From: Bacteriovoracaceae bacterium
GTDB taxonomy: Bacteria; Bdellovibrionota; Bacteriovoracia; Bacteriovoracales; Bacteriovoracaceae
Reading direction: 5' to 3'
DNA length: 64,000 bases
Assembly: GCA_965217035.1 (NCBI GenBank)
Contig: OZ244226.1
Span: 2,400,146 to 2,464,145 of the forward strand
Below the pieces are notes generated by a model. The model ran no database searches. It saw only the letters and a program-made list of their open reading frames with translations, and was not told the origin of the DNA. Made by a program: the position numbers and the translations under genes. Below are positions 29,094 to 38,408 of this stretch, in pieces (the stretch's first letter is position 1; every line of letters begins with the position of its first letter).

Positions 29094-30706
29094 AATTTAC
29101 TCTTTCCTTTTATTGGTTCTTTTTTTAAACTTTTGTAGTCCATTATAATTTCTTCTTTTTTATTTGTTTTTTGAGGGGCTTCGGTTTGTATCTCTTTTTC
29201 TGGATCTTTTCTTCTTAATATCGATTCAATATTGTCTTTTGTAAGAGATTTTATCGGGTTATAAATTATTTGATTTACAAAGATTCTCAGTTTTTTTCTT
29301 TCTTCTTCTGAAAGACTATGAATAAAACCTCTGTAATGTTTTTTTCCATAAATTTTTTCAAGTTCTTCATCATTTGGAACAAGAGTGACAAAACATTCAA
29401 GAGGAAGTTCAAGGTGAAGGACTGAAAACATGGGAAGCTCTGTTTCTGAAGCGAATGTTATTTCGTGTTCAGTTAAACTTGTTATTTGAATTTCTAAGAG
29501 GCATTTAGCGACTCGTTTTTTATCTGAATAATAAAAATAATAATATTTTCCAAATGGGAGATTTTCGTGTTTTTCCCTGAACTTTTTGACAAAAAGTTCA
29601 AAGGTATCAATTGAGAAAAAAGTCTCTGTACAAACAATATTTTTATAACGATAGATCTTTTGTAATGCTTCTGCTTTTGACTTTATTCCTTGAATAATGA
29701 GAATGGGTTCGTAATAGGAATGGTTTTGAAGCTTTTCTACGAATTTAGAAAGAGAGTCTAAGCCTTTCATCTCATCTTCAGGATTTTTTATCTCTATAAA
29801 AATGAGAGGATACTTCTTAAGTAGACAATCTTTTATCATGTCTTCTTTTATACGTTCTTCAAAATGAAGAAAACAAGGGAAGTCTTTTTTCGAGAATAAT
29901 TCCAATTTAAGATCAGGATTGGAATTAACTATTTTTACATGAAAAGATTTTTCTTGAAAGAGATTTTGGTTTTCATCTATCCATTTTTCTACTTTTTCTT
30001 TTTTTATCTTTTCGTTTGAGGTTTCATCCCAAGGACCCAAAAAAGGAATTTTTAACTGATAACTTTCCGTCATTGGGTATACCAGGGAAGAACTATGATG
30101 AGCCTTTATATGAAGGCAATCAGTTGTAAGTTCGTCCCAAATCTTTATGTCAACAGGAAGCGCTTTTCTTGGATTAGGAAGGTCTGTCTCAAGCAAGAAA
30201 TATTTTTGAGAAAGACATGAAAGCGAGGAACAGACGCTAACTTTAAGTTCTAGAAGATTACATTTTGCTCTAGCGAATTGAGGCATTTTTATAGTGTCAT
30301 CAAACGCAATATACAAACTATCTATTAATGAAATCTCGAAATCTTTATCTTTAAAACAACCGATTTGAAATCCAGTTGAATAAAAAAGTGATATGTTTTT
30401 TTTGTTTGAAAAATCGCTTAAGATTGCAACAAAAAGAATGCTTCGATATCCTTCTATTCTTTTCAATCTTACAATGTCTTGAAAGAGATTTTCTTGTTGT
30501 TCTTCTGAAATAAAGTTGAAATCAACATAAATAACGTTAGGTTGAGACTCTACTATTGTTCGGAAAAAGTCGTCTTTTTGATATTCGGAATTATCTATAT
30601 AATAATCATTTTTTAAAAAAGTTTGAGCATGTTCTTGTATCTTAGAAGAGGATTCTTCATCTTTACCTAGATAAAATAACTTTTTTATAGATTTCATCCT
30701 TCCCAT
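29090..30706 (-). CDS. Hypothetical signalling protein (degenerate receiver plus PilZ-like segments)
   Basis: QPNVIYVDF and YPLIFIEI receiver-like strands; C-terminal ITSLTEHEITF...LRIFVN barrel-like region. Confidence 0.45.
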   Translation of the reverse strand: MGRMKSIKKLFYLGKDEESSSKIQEHAQTFLKNDYYIDNSEYQKDDFFRTIVESQPNVIYVDFNFISEEQQENLFQDIVRLKRIEGYRSILFVAILSDFSNKKNISLFYSTGFQIGCFKDKDFEISLIDSLYIAFDDTIKMPQFARAKCNLLELKVSVCSSLSCLSQKYFLLETDLPNPRKALPVDIKIWDELTTDCLHIKAHHSSSLVYPMTESYQLKIPFLGPWDETSNEKIKKEKVEKWIDENQNLFQEKSFHVKIVNSNPDLKLELFSKKDFPCFLHFEERIKEDMIKDCLLKKYPLIFIEIKNPEDEMKGLDSLSKFVEKLQNHSYYEPILIIQGIKSKAEALQKIYRYKNIVCTETFFSIDTFELFVKKFREKHENLPFGKYYYFYYSDKKRVAKCLLEIQITSLTEHEITFASETELPMFSVLHLELPLECFVTLVPNDEELEKIYGKKHYRGFIHSLSEEERKKLRIFVNQIIYNPIKSLTKDNIESILRRKDPEKEIQTEAPQKTNKKEEIIMDYKSLKKEPIKGKSKL

Positions 30707-30922
30707 TTATATAACCAATTCTTAATGTTTACTTCCTTGATTAACTCTACTGGAATCCGATCAATTACTTATATGATCGGTGCTTTGATTGAATAGTTTA
30801 CAAATGGAAAAAGCTCGATTGTTAAGATTGTCTCAATCTTTGTTTTGACGATGATTAAGAGTTCTCAAATTAACGTAATCATAACAAAGATAAAGAAAAA
30901 AATGGTTTTACTTTTTAAGTAA

Positions 30923-31570
30923 ATGAAGAAGGTTAAGTTGAAGTTTAATAGATTTAAAAGTTTTTTCCCATTGTTTTTGATCATATTAGTTGTTTTTCTA
31001 ACCTATAACTATTCTCAAATTTTTATAAAATATGATTTTGATGGAATCTATGGGAAAGAAGTAGATCTTGAAGCTTATAACTTCAAATTGAAAAATGGAA
31101 GAGGTCAAAAAGTTGAACTAAAAGATTACAGAGGTGAATTCGTGTTTATAACTTTTGGTTTTACTAAATGCACAGGAGTTTGCCCTCTTAATTTATATCG
31201 TTTTCAATCTCTAACTAAAAGAATTAGCAAAGAGGTCGGTCGTGTTAATTTCGTTTTCATAAGTTTTGATCATATAAGGGACTCGGGAAAAGAAATTCAA
31301 GATTTTATTTCAAGGTTCGAAGTTAAAAATATTCAAGGACTTTTAGGAGATCTTGATACAGGCCTTGATGTCGCAAAAAAATACAGAAACTATATTGATC
31401 TTGATGTTGAAAAAATAAAAAAAAACGAAAACTTTCAAATTGAACATAATGGCTTCTTATATTTAATCGATCCTACTGGAAAGTTAAAAGTTATTTATAT
31501 GCAAAAAGATTTAGAAGAAGAAAAAATTCTCGCAGATTTAAAAAAAATAAAAACTAGGAAAATAAAATGA
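30923..31570 (+). CDS. SCO1/SenC copper chaperone
   Basis: N-terminal anchor, FGFTKCTGVCP (CxxxC), IEHNGFLYLIDP (His ligand). Confidence 0.9.
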   Translation: MKKVKLKFNRFKSFFPLFLIILVVFLTYNYSQIFIKYDFDGIYGKEVDLEAYNFKLKNGRGQKVELKDYRGEFVFITFGFTKCTGVCPLNLYRFQSLTKRISKEVGRVNFVFISFDHIRDSGKEIQDFISRFEVKNIQGLLGDLDTGLDVAKKYRNYIDLDVEKIKKNENFQIEHNGFLYLIDPTGKLKVIYMQKDLEEEKILADLKKIKTRKIK

Positions 31571-33327
31571 AAAAAAGAAACTGGGTATTTGTAGATAATG
31601 ATCTTTCTCGCTCAGACACAATCTTTACAAAATTAACTGAGAAAGCAGATCGCTTCATGTTGATAATGCTTTGGGCTCATCTTCCCATTGTGGGATTTGT
31701 TGCTCCCTATTCTTATGGTACTTGGAAAGAAGGTTTGCTTGCTAGTTCAATTATCTGTGGAGTAGGCACAATTTCTTATATCATATCGAAAGGAACTTTT
31801 GCTCATCGACTTCTTAATGCAATACTTTTACTTTCCTATTCTGTTGTTCTTATATCAATTCAATATGGAAGAATAGAAATGCATTTTCATGTTTTTGCTT
31901 CTTTGCCATTTTTAATTCTTTATCGAGATTGGAGAATTATTCCACCTGCAGCATTAGTTATTGCTGTTCATCATACTATTTTCAATTACTGTCAAACCAA
32001 TGGTATTACATTGATAGGATTTCCTTTGGTTGTATTTAATTATGATAATGGTTGGGACATTGTATTGTTGCACACGATTTTTGTCATATTCGAATCAAGT
32101 GTGCTCATCTATTACTCTGAAGTTTTAAAAAAACAGTATGTGGAAGTTAATGAAATTAATCGAAACTTAGAAAATATTGTAGAAGATCGCACTGCAAGTT
32201 TGAAAAGAGAGAAAGAAAAAATAGAAGGGTATAAAAAAGCCTTGGATCAATTCGCTATGACGGCAGTAATTGATAATAATGGAAAAATTATTGATGCTAA
32301 CAAAAAACTTGTTGAAAACTTAGATTATTCTTTAAAAGAGATCCTTACAGAAGAGCTTCAGATTTCTGACTTAACATATCATCAGGAAGATTTCTTTCAA
32401 GAGATTTGGAGCTCTCTTAACAGTGGAAAAGCTTGGCGAGGTGAAATCTGCACTCGAGCAAAATCAGGAAGACTCAATTGGGGAGATATGGCAATTGCAC
32501 CTTTGAAAAACTTAGAAGAGAAGATTTCCCAATTCATAGCAGTTCAATTCGATATTACGGAGAGAAAAGAAAAAGAAGAGGTTATAAAAAAGCAGCAAGC
32601 TCAAATCGTTTCTCAATCAAAATTATCAGCTTTAGGAGAGATGGCTGGAGGAATTGCTCATGAAATTAATAATCCACTTGCTATTATTTCTTCTACGATG
32701 AAAGCAATTAGGAAAATGATCAAGAAGGAGATGGTAGGAACAGAGGATTTTGATGAAGCTCTTGCAGATATCGATCAGACAGTCGTTAGAATTACAAAAA
32801 TTGTATCGGGATTGCGAAATGTTTCAAGGGATTCCTCGAATGAGGACTATGATAAATGCACTGTACACGATTTAGTCGAAGATGTTCTCCCATTATGTTC
32901 TGAAAAGTTTAAATCAAATGGAGTTGAATTAATAATCGAAGGAGGTTCAGATGTTCTGAGTCAAGAAGTAGAGGTAATGAGAGTTCAGTTTTCGCAAGTT
33001 CTTTTAAATCTTTTAACAAATGCCTATGATGAGATTTTTAAATTCGATGAGAAATGGATAAGAGTTGAATTAAGCCAGGAAAATGATTTTTTAATTTTTA
33101 AAATCGTAGACAGTGGTCAAGGAATTTCTCATGAAATCCAAGAGAAAATATTTCAACCATTTTTTTCAACTAAAGAAATCGGCAAAGGAACAGGTTTGGG
33201 ATTGAGTCTTTCGCGATCGATAATAAAAAGACATAAAGGAGACTTTTTCATTGATTCAGGACATACAAACACCTGTTTTGTGATTCGCATACCAATAAAA
33301 CAAACAATGATGGAAAAAGCTGCATAA
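31567..33327 (+). CDS. Membrane PAS histidine kinase with His-rich multi-TM sensor domain
   Basis: IEMHFHVF, YRDW, IAVHH, LLHTIFV; PAS (WRGEI); AHEINNPL H-box; DSGQG, GKGTGLGL. Confidence 0.9.
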   Translation: MKKRNWVFVDNDLSRSDTIFTKLTEKADRFMLIMLWAHLPIVGFVAPYSYGTWKEGLLASSIICGVGTISYIISKGTFAHRLLNAILLLSYSVVLISIQYGRIEMHFHVFASLPFLILYRDWRIIPPAALVIAVHHTIFNYCQTNGITLIGFPLVVFNYDNGWDIVLLHTIFVIFESSVLIYYSEVLKKQYVEVNEINRNLENIVEDRTASLKREKEKIEGYKKALDQFAMTAVIDNNGKIIDANKKLVENLDYSLKEILTEELQISDLTYHQEDFFQEIWSSLNSGKAWRGEICTRAKSGRLNWGDMAIAPLKNLEEKISQFIAVQFDITERKEKEEVIKKQQAQIVSQSKLSALGEMAGGIAHEINNPLAIISSTMKAIRKMIKKEMVGTEDFDEALADIDQTVVRITKIVSGLRNVSRDSSNEDYDKCTVHDLVEDVLPLCSEKFKSNGVELIIEGGSDVLSQEVEVMRVQFSQVLLNLLTNAYDEIFKFDEKWIRVELSQENDFLIFKIVDSGQGISHEIQEKIFQPFFSTKEIGKGTGLGLSLSRSIIKRHKGDFFIDSGHTNTCFVIRIPIKQTMMEKAA

Positions 33328-33447
33328 GGAGAAAAATAGCTGGATCAATTCAATTATTGACAATCATTAAGAGGTTATTTCTCTTTTAATCTGAAAATTT
33401 TCAACTAGGCCTTGGTCAAGTCCGATTCTTTTGATAGGATTTAATAA

Positions 33448-34593
33448 GTGAGTAAATTCAATTTCGTCGATTTATTTTGTGGGGCAGGGGGATTATCCAC
33501 CGGATTAAAGCAAGCAGGCTTTAATGAGGTTTTTGCTTGTGATTATGATAAGTGGGCCGTTGAGACAATGCGTACGAATCATCCTAAAACGAATGTCGTT
33601 CATGAGCCCGTTCAAAAACTCACTCCTAAAAAGCTCATCGAATTAACACAGGGCCAAAAAATTCATCTTGTTGCTGGAGGACCTCCATGCCAGGGATTTT
33701 CTACTATTGGGAAAGGAAATCCTGAAGATGAACGAAATTCTCTGTTTAAATATTTCGTTCGTACTGTTCGAGTGTTGAGGCCAGACTTTGTTCTTTTTGA
33801 GAATGTTACGGGACTCGTTTCTAAGAAGAATGAAAAAACTTTAAATGAGATTATTAAAGCTTTTAAAAAAATTGGCTATACGTTAACGATTCAAGTTCTA
33901 GAGGCTCAAAAATATGGAGTTCCTCAAAAAAGAAGAAGAACTTTTATTGTTGGAACACGGGGAGAAGCTTTTGATTTTCCGAGAGCAAGTTTTGATCTTA
34001 TAAAAAGTGATGAAGTTGTTCCTTCTCGAAATCTTGGAGAGGTTTTGAGAGAACTTCGAAATTACCACAAGCTCAATAAGAATGATCCGAATCATGATCT
34101 CAAAGCTGCAAAATCTCTTAATGAGATGGATCTCGCTCGTTTAAAGTGTATTCCAGAAGGAAGATGTATCCGCTATGAAAAAGACGAAAAAGAGTTTCTT
34201 CCTAGGAAGCTGAAATTAGGGATTAACTGGAAAACGATTAGAGAGGGCCGACTAAGAGAAAATCATTACCATCGACTTAGTCGAAAAAAACCAACCCCAA
34301 CTCTTAATACTCATAACCATCATTATTTTCACCCAACCCAAGCAAGAAAATTCACACTTAGAGAGTTTGCTTGCATTCAAAGTTTTCCGATGGATTACGA
34401 GTTTAAGGGGAGTAGAACTTCTATTGTTCGCCAAATTGGAAATGCTGTTCCTCCGCTATTAGCTAAAGCAATTGGGCTAAAGATGAAACAAGCTCTTAAG
34501 AAAAGCGAGAAGAGCTCCTCGAAATCGAATGCAAAGGCTGACGCATCCCAGAAAATTTCCGATATCCGATCAACGGCCTTTCTTTACTCATAG
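33448..34593 (+). CDS. C5-cytosine DNA methyltransferase (orphan)
   Basis: DLFCGAGG, GGPPCQGFS, ENV, QKRRR, QIGNAVPP. Confidence 0.93.
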   Translation: MSKFNFVDLFCGAGGLSTGLKQAGFNEVFACDYDKWAVETMRTNHPKTNVVHEPVQKLTPKKLIELTQGQKIHLVAGGPPCQGFSTIGKGNPEDERNSLFKYFVRTVRVLRPDFVLFENVTGLVSKKNEKTLNEIIKAFKKIGYTLTIQVLEAQKYGVPQKRRRTFIVGTRGEAFDFPRASFDLIKSDEVVPSRNLGEVLRELRNYHKLNKNDPNHDLKAAKSLNEMDLARLKCIPEGRCIRYEKDEKEFLPRKLKLGINWKTIREGRLRENHYHRLSRKKPTPTLNTHNHHYFHPTQARKFTLREFACIQSFPMDYEFKGSRTSIVRQIGNAVPPLLAKAIGLKMKQALKKSEKSSSKSNAKADASQKISDIRSTAFLYS

Positions 34594-34657
34594 ACTTTAA
34601 AAATGCTAATATGAGTCGAATACGCAAAGCATTGAACTCAGAGGGAGAAAAAGCCAA

Positions 34658-34918
34658 ATGGCAAAAGACGATTTAATTGAAGCTGAAGGTGTGATTACGG
34701 AAATTAATTCTCACGGGAACTATACTGTGACTCTTGATAATGGTCACAAACTCTCAGCAAAACTCTCTGGAAAAATGCGAAAGTTTTTCATTAAAGTTGT
34801 TAAAGGAGATAGAGTCACTGTTGGAATTTCGCCTTATGATAAAACTCATGGACTTATAATGTTTAGACATAAAGTTGCACGAAATAATCCTCCAGGTTCT
34901 GCTCCAAAAAAATCATAA
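34658..34918 (+). CDS. infA: Translation initiation factor IF-1
   Basis: MAKDDLIEAEG...SGKMR...GDRVTV..SPYD. Confidence 0.95.
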   Translation: MAKDDLIEAEGVITEINSHGNYTVTLDNGHKLSAKLSGKMRKFFIKVVKGDRVTVGISPYDKTHGLIMFRHKVARNNPPGSAPKKS

Positions 34919-34924
34919 GGGATT

Positions 34925-35800
34925 ATGAAAATTTTTTTACTTTTTCTACTCATTCCCATCTCTGGTTATTCCTTTCTTTGGGGAAGCGATAAAGAGGAGA
35001 AAAAAGCTGATCCGAAAACAATCCAACCATTTTTAAATCTTGAAAAAACCTGCTTTGATAATCTTTCTGGTTTTCCGGGAAAAGTTGATAAAAAACTTTT
35101 AAAGAAAGCCTGTGCAGAAGCGACTTATCTTTCCGGCTGTTATGCCCAAGAAAGTCAAACCCCAATCTTTCATTACGATAGACAAGGAAAATCAATCAAG
35201 GGCAAACGTATTTTGGTTTACTCTATGTTTCATGGAGATGAATTTCCCGCAGGGAGTGTTGCTCGTTATTGGATGGAACGTTTAAGTACAATTGATCCAA
35301 GAAGTAGCTGGAGAATTGTTCCGATCGTGAATCCTGATGGTGTGAGAAATAAAACTCGAGTAAATGGAAGAGGCGTTGATATTAACCGAAATCTTCCAAC
35401 TAAAGATTGGGAAAAACTTGCTTTAAAATATTGGAAGGAACGAGAGTCAAAAAAGAAGAGACGTTTTCCAGGGAATGAAGCGGGCAGTGAGCAAGAAACC
35501 AGATGTGTCATGAACCATATTGAGAATTTTCGACCAGACTTTATTATTTCAGTTCATACCCCTTATGGGCTTTTAGACTTTGACGGTCCCCAGAAGCAAA
35601 TTCGGCCTCGTTTCCATAACCTTCCATGGAAGAGACTCGGGCATTATCCAGGAAGCCTTGGTCGTTATATGTGGGCGGAAAGAAATATTCCTGTTCTTAC
35701 CATCGAGCTTAAGGGGAATGAGTTTAATATGGACCCTGAGTATCTTGGAGAACTCCAAGATGTTGCTGGTGGATTGGCCATCCAGGCATCCGTTAAATAA
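34925..35800 (+). CDS. mpaA: M14 murein-peptide amidase (MpaA-like), exported
   Basis: HGDE, NPDG, GVDINRN, SVH, YPGSLG, TIEL. Confidence 0.8.
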   Translation: MKIFLLFLLIPISGYSFLWGSDKEEKKADPKTIQPFLNLEKTCFDNLSGFPGKVDKKLLKKACAEATYLSGCYAQESQTPIFHYDRQGKSIKGKRILVYSMFHGDEFPAGSVARYWMERLSTIDPRSSWRIVPIVNPDGVRNKTRVNGRGVDINRNLPTKDWEKLALKYWKERESKKKRRFPGNEAGSEQETRCVMNHIENFRPDFIISVHTPYGLLDFDGPQKQIRPRFHNLPWKRLGHYPGSLGRYMWAERNIPVLTIELKGNEFNMDPEYLGELQDVAGGLAIQASVK

Positions 35801-35811
35801 TACTCTTCTGC

Positions 35812-35960
35812 TTTTGACCTTTATGTTCGTCAAGCTTCGGTCTCAAAACCTCCGATGCACTGAGGGCAGGAGGCCGAAGTGTGGTGTCCCTGGACTCGCG
35901 AAGCAAGATGCGTAGCGAACTAAAAGCGTACGCCTCGCTTTCCTACCTAAAGGAACAAAA
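35812..35960. repeat. GC-rich structured intergenic element (MITE/palindromic-repeat-like)
   Basis: Imperfect terminal IR TTTTGACCTTTA/TAAAGGAACAAAA; internal stems CTTCGGTCTC/GAGGCCGAAG and GCGTA/TACGC. Confidence 0.45.
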
Positions 35961-35985
35961 TCACTTAAGTGTTAATTAACGGTTT

Positions 35986-36837
35986 TTAGATCGATAAGCC
36001 TAGATCTTGTAGACTGAACTTCATGAGTTCATCCATATAAAGTAGAGTGCCTGGTTTGGTTTCAAACCAAATATTTTCATTATTTAATGGTTCTGATGAA
36101 ACAATGAGGTGGTTCACGCGACCGTTAGAAACTTGATTTTCACAAGAATATTCGTAATGTTCACAAGTATCGCTCTCTGGGCATTTTGCCTTATGAGTCG
36201 TGTAGTAAAGAGGTTGTCCTCCATTGAAAGCAACAAAATATTTCCCATTCGTAAGAATAAAAGTGAGGTAAGTTTCTTTCTCTGGATCCCCAACTTTGGG
36301 ACTATAAGGTCCAACCACGTCAATAAGTTCTTTCATGGTTTTTTCCATAACCTCTCTCATTAATAGATGGCTTTGAATTTTTCCATCAATAAACTTTTCA
36401 AGCTTCGTGAGTAAGAAATAAAACATGAGTTCGCTATCAGTTTCTCCAAGCAGATAGCGTTGGTACTTTCTATCAACTCCAGCTAGAAGCTGATCACGAC
36501 ACTTGGCAAATTCTTTGATATTCCCATTATGGGCAAAAACCCACTGCCCAAATTGAAAGGGGTGGCAGTTGAGGATCGTATTTTCTCCTTTGGTTGCCTT
36601 CCTAATATGAGCGAGAACTGTTTTAGAAGAGACGATTCCTGAGACTCTCTCAAAAAGAGTGTCGTTGATCGCTGCCTGAGCCGATTTGATGATATGAGGG
36701 GTATTATCTAAATAATAGGCTACTCCCCAACCGTCTGGATTGAATTTACTTTGGTTCATCAGAGCATTATTGGCCCCAACCAGGCTTGAATGAACCTGTG
36801 AAGTAAAAATAGAACGAAATCCAAATAATCGACACAT
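35986..36837 (-). CDS. Class II glutamine amidotransferase (YafJ/EgtC-like)
   Basis: N-terminal MCRLFG, DGWG, AHIRKAT, NCHPF, HNG, TDSE. Confidence 0.9.
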   Translation of the reverse strand: MCRLFGFRSIFTSQVHSSLVGANNALMNQSKFNPDGWGVAYYLDNTPHIIKSAQAAINDTLFERVSGIVSSKTVLAHIRKATKGENTILNCHPFQFGQWVFAHNGNIKEFAKCRDQLLAGVDRKYQRYLLGETDSELMFYFLLTKLEKFIDGKIQSHLLMREVMEKTMKELIDVVGPYSPKVGDPEKETYLTFILTNGKYFVAFNGGQPLYYTTHKAKCPESDTCEHYEYSCENQVSNGRVNHLIVSSEPLNNENIWFETKPGTLLYMDELMKFSLQDLGLSI

Positions 36838-36920
36838 AACGTATTCTTGACTCAGTGAGCCTCTAATTATACTTTAAACCTTTAATAATACGAAATAAAG
36901 CCCCCTGTAAGGTATTCACA

Positions 36921-38408
36921 ATGGATCAGTATCAAAAAATCAGATTAGACAAATTAGATGTATGGCGAGAGCACCAAGTTGCTTATCCTGGAAGATTCGA
37001 AAAGACTCATAAAGCTCTTGAGGCTAAAGAGTTGAGCGATGATACCAAGGACATAAAACTCGCAGGTCGTTTGATGGCCTTAAGAGTAATGGGGAAATTT
37101 TCTTTCGCTCAAATTCAAGATTATTCAGGAAAAATTCAAATTGCTTTTCAACAAGATGAAGTAGGCAAGGATGATTATAAACTCTATACAAAAAAATTCG
37201 ATATCGGTGATCATATCGGTGTTGAAGGTTATATGTTCACTACTCAAAAAGGTGAAAAAACTTTAAAGGTAACTAAGGCAATACTGCTTTCGAAAGGGAT
37301 TCGGCCATTACCTGAAAAGTTTCATGGGCTTCAAGATCCAGAATTAAAAGCGCGTTATCGATTTTTAGATTTGATTATGTCGGAAGAAACTCGTGATCGA
37401 TTTAAAGCAAGAATTGCTATCTTAAAGTTCATCCGTAATTACCTTGATAGTAATGATTTCGTAGAGGTTGATACTCCAATTCTTCAAGCGATTTCATCAG
37501 GGGCTTCAGCAAGACCTTTTGAAACTCATCATAACGCTCTTGATATTCCATTATTCATGAGAATCGCTCCAGAGACTTATTTAAAAAGACTCGTTTCTGG
37601 TGGATTCGAAAAAGTTTATGAACTTGGAAAGTGTTTTAGAAATGAAGGAATCGATGCTTCTCATTTGCAAGAATTCACAATGCTTGAGTGGTATGCCGCT
37701 TATTGGGACTTTAAAGATAATATGACTTTTGTTCAAAAGATGATCCAAGAGATGGTGAAGGTTGTGAACAATGGATCACTTGAAGTCGAGTATCAAGGTG
37801 AAAAGTTAGACTTCTCAGGTGATTGGGAAGTGAAGACTTATAGGGATCTCGTTCTTGAAAATACGGGAATTGATCTTGATAAAATGGAAACAGTTGAGCA
37901 GATGAAAGAAGAGATCAAGGCGAAAGGTCTTGAAATGCCACTCGACAAATATATCGGCTTGGGTGGACTGATTGATGGTCTTTATAAAAAATTCTGCAGG
38001 CCTAAACTGATTCAACCAATGTTCCTTACGATGCACCACCATGAGTTAGTTCCTCTTGCAAGAAAGTCTGATGATAACCCAGCTCAACTGGATATGTTCC
38101 AAGTTGTTGTGAATGGATGGGAAGTCGTGAAAGCTTATTCAGAGTTGGTTGATCCACTTGAGCAAAAGAAGCGCCTTGAAGCACAAGCAGAGCTTGCAAA
38201 AGCAGGTGATGATGAAGCTGTTCGGATGGAAGAAGACTTTATCTTGGCCATGGAATACGGAATGCCTCCAATGTCGGGACTCGGTCTTGGGGTAGAGAGA
38301 ATGATTGCTCTTCTTACTGATAGTCCGAATATTCGTGATGTTATTTTCTTTCCTTCAGTACGACCTCCAAAAGCTAGTGAATTGGATCAAAAAGAGATGG
38401 GCGAGTAA
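36921..38408 (+). CDS. lysS: Lysine--tRNA ligase, class II
   Basis: [37 protein letters not shown]. Confidence 0.96.
   Translation: MDQYQKIRLDKLDVWREHQVAYPGRFEKTHKALEAKELSDDTKDIKLAGRLMALRVMGKFSFAQIQDYSGKIQIAFQQDEVGKDDYKLYTKKFDIGDHIGVEGYMFTTQKGEKTLKVTKAILLSKGIRPLPEKFHGLQDPELKARYRFLDLIMSEETRDRFKARIAILKFIRNYLDSNDFVEVDTPILQAISSGASARPFETHHNALDIPLFMRIAPETYLKRLVSGGFEKVYELGKCFRNEGIDASHLQEFTMLEWYAAYWDFKDNMTFVQKMIQEMVKVVNNGSLEVEYQGEKLDFSGDWEVKTYRDLVLENTGIDLDKMETVEQMKEEIKAKGLEMPLDKYIGLGGLIDGLYKKFCRPKLIQPMFLTMHHHELVPLARKSDDNPAQLDMFQVVVNGWEVVKAYSELVDPLEQKKRLEAQAELAKAGDDEAVRMEEDFILAMEYGMPPMSGLGLGVERMIALLTDSPNIRDVIFFPSVRPPKASELDQKEMGE

Noticed and set aside
33448..34918. Restriction-modification system
   Set aside because: No endonuclease gene flanks the methyltransferase.
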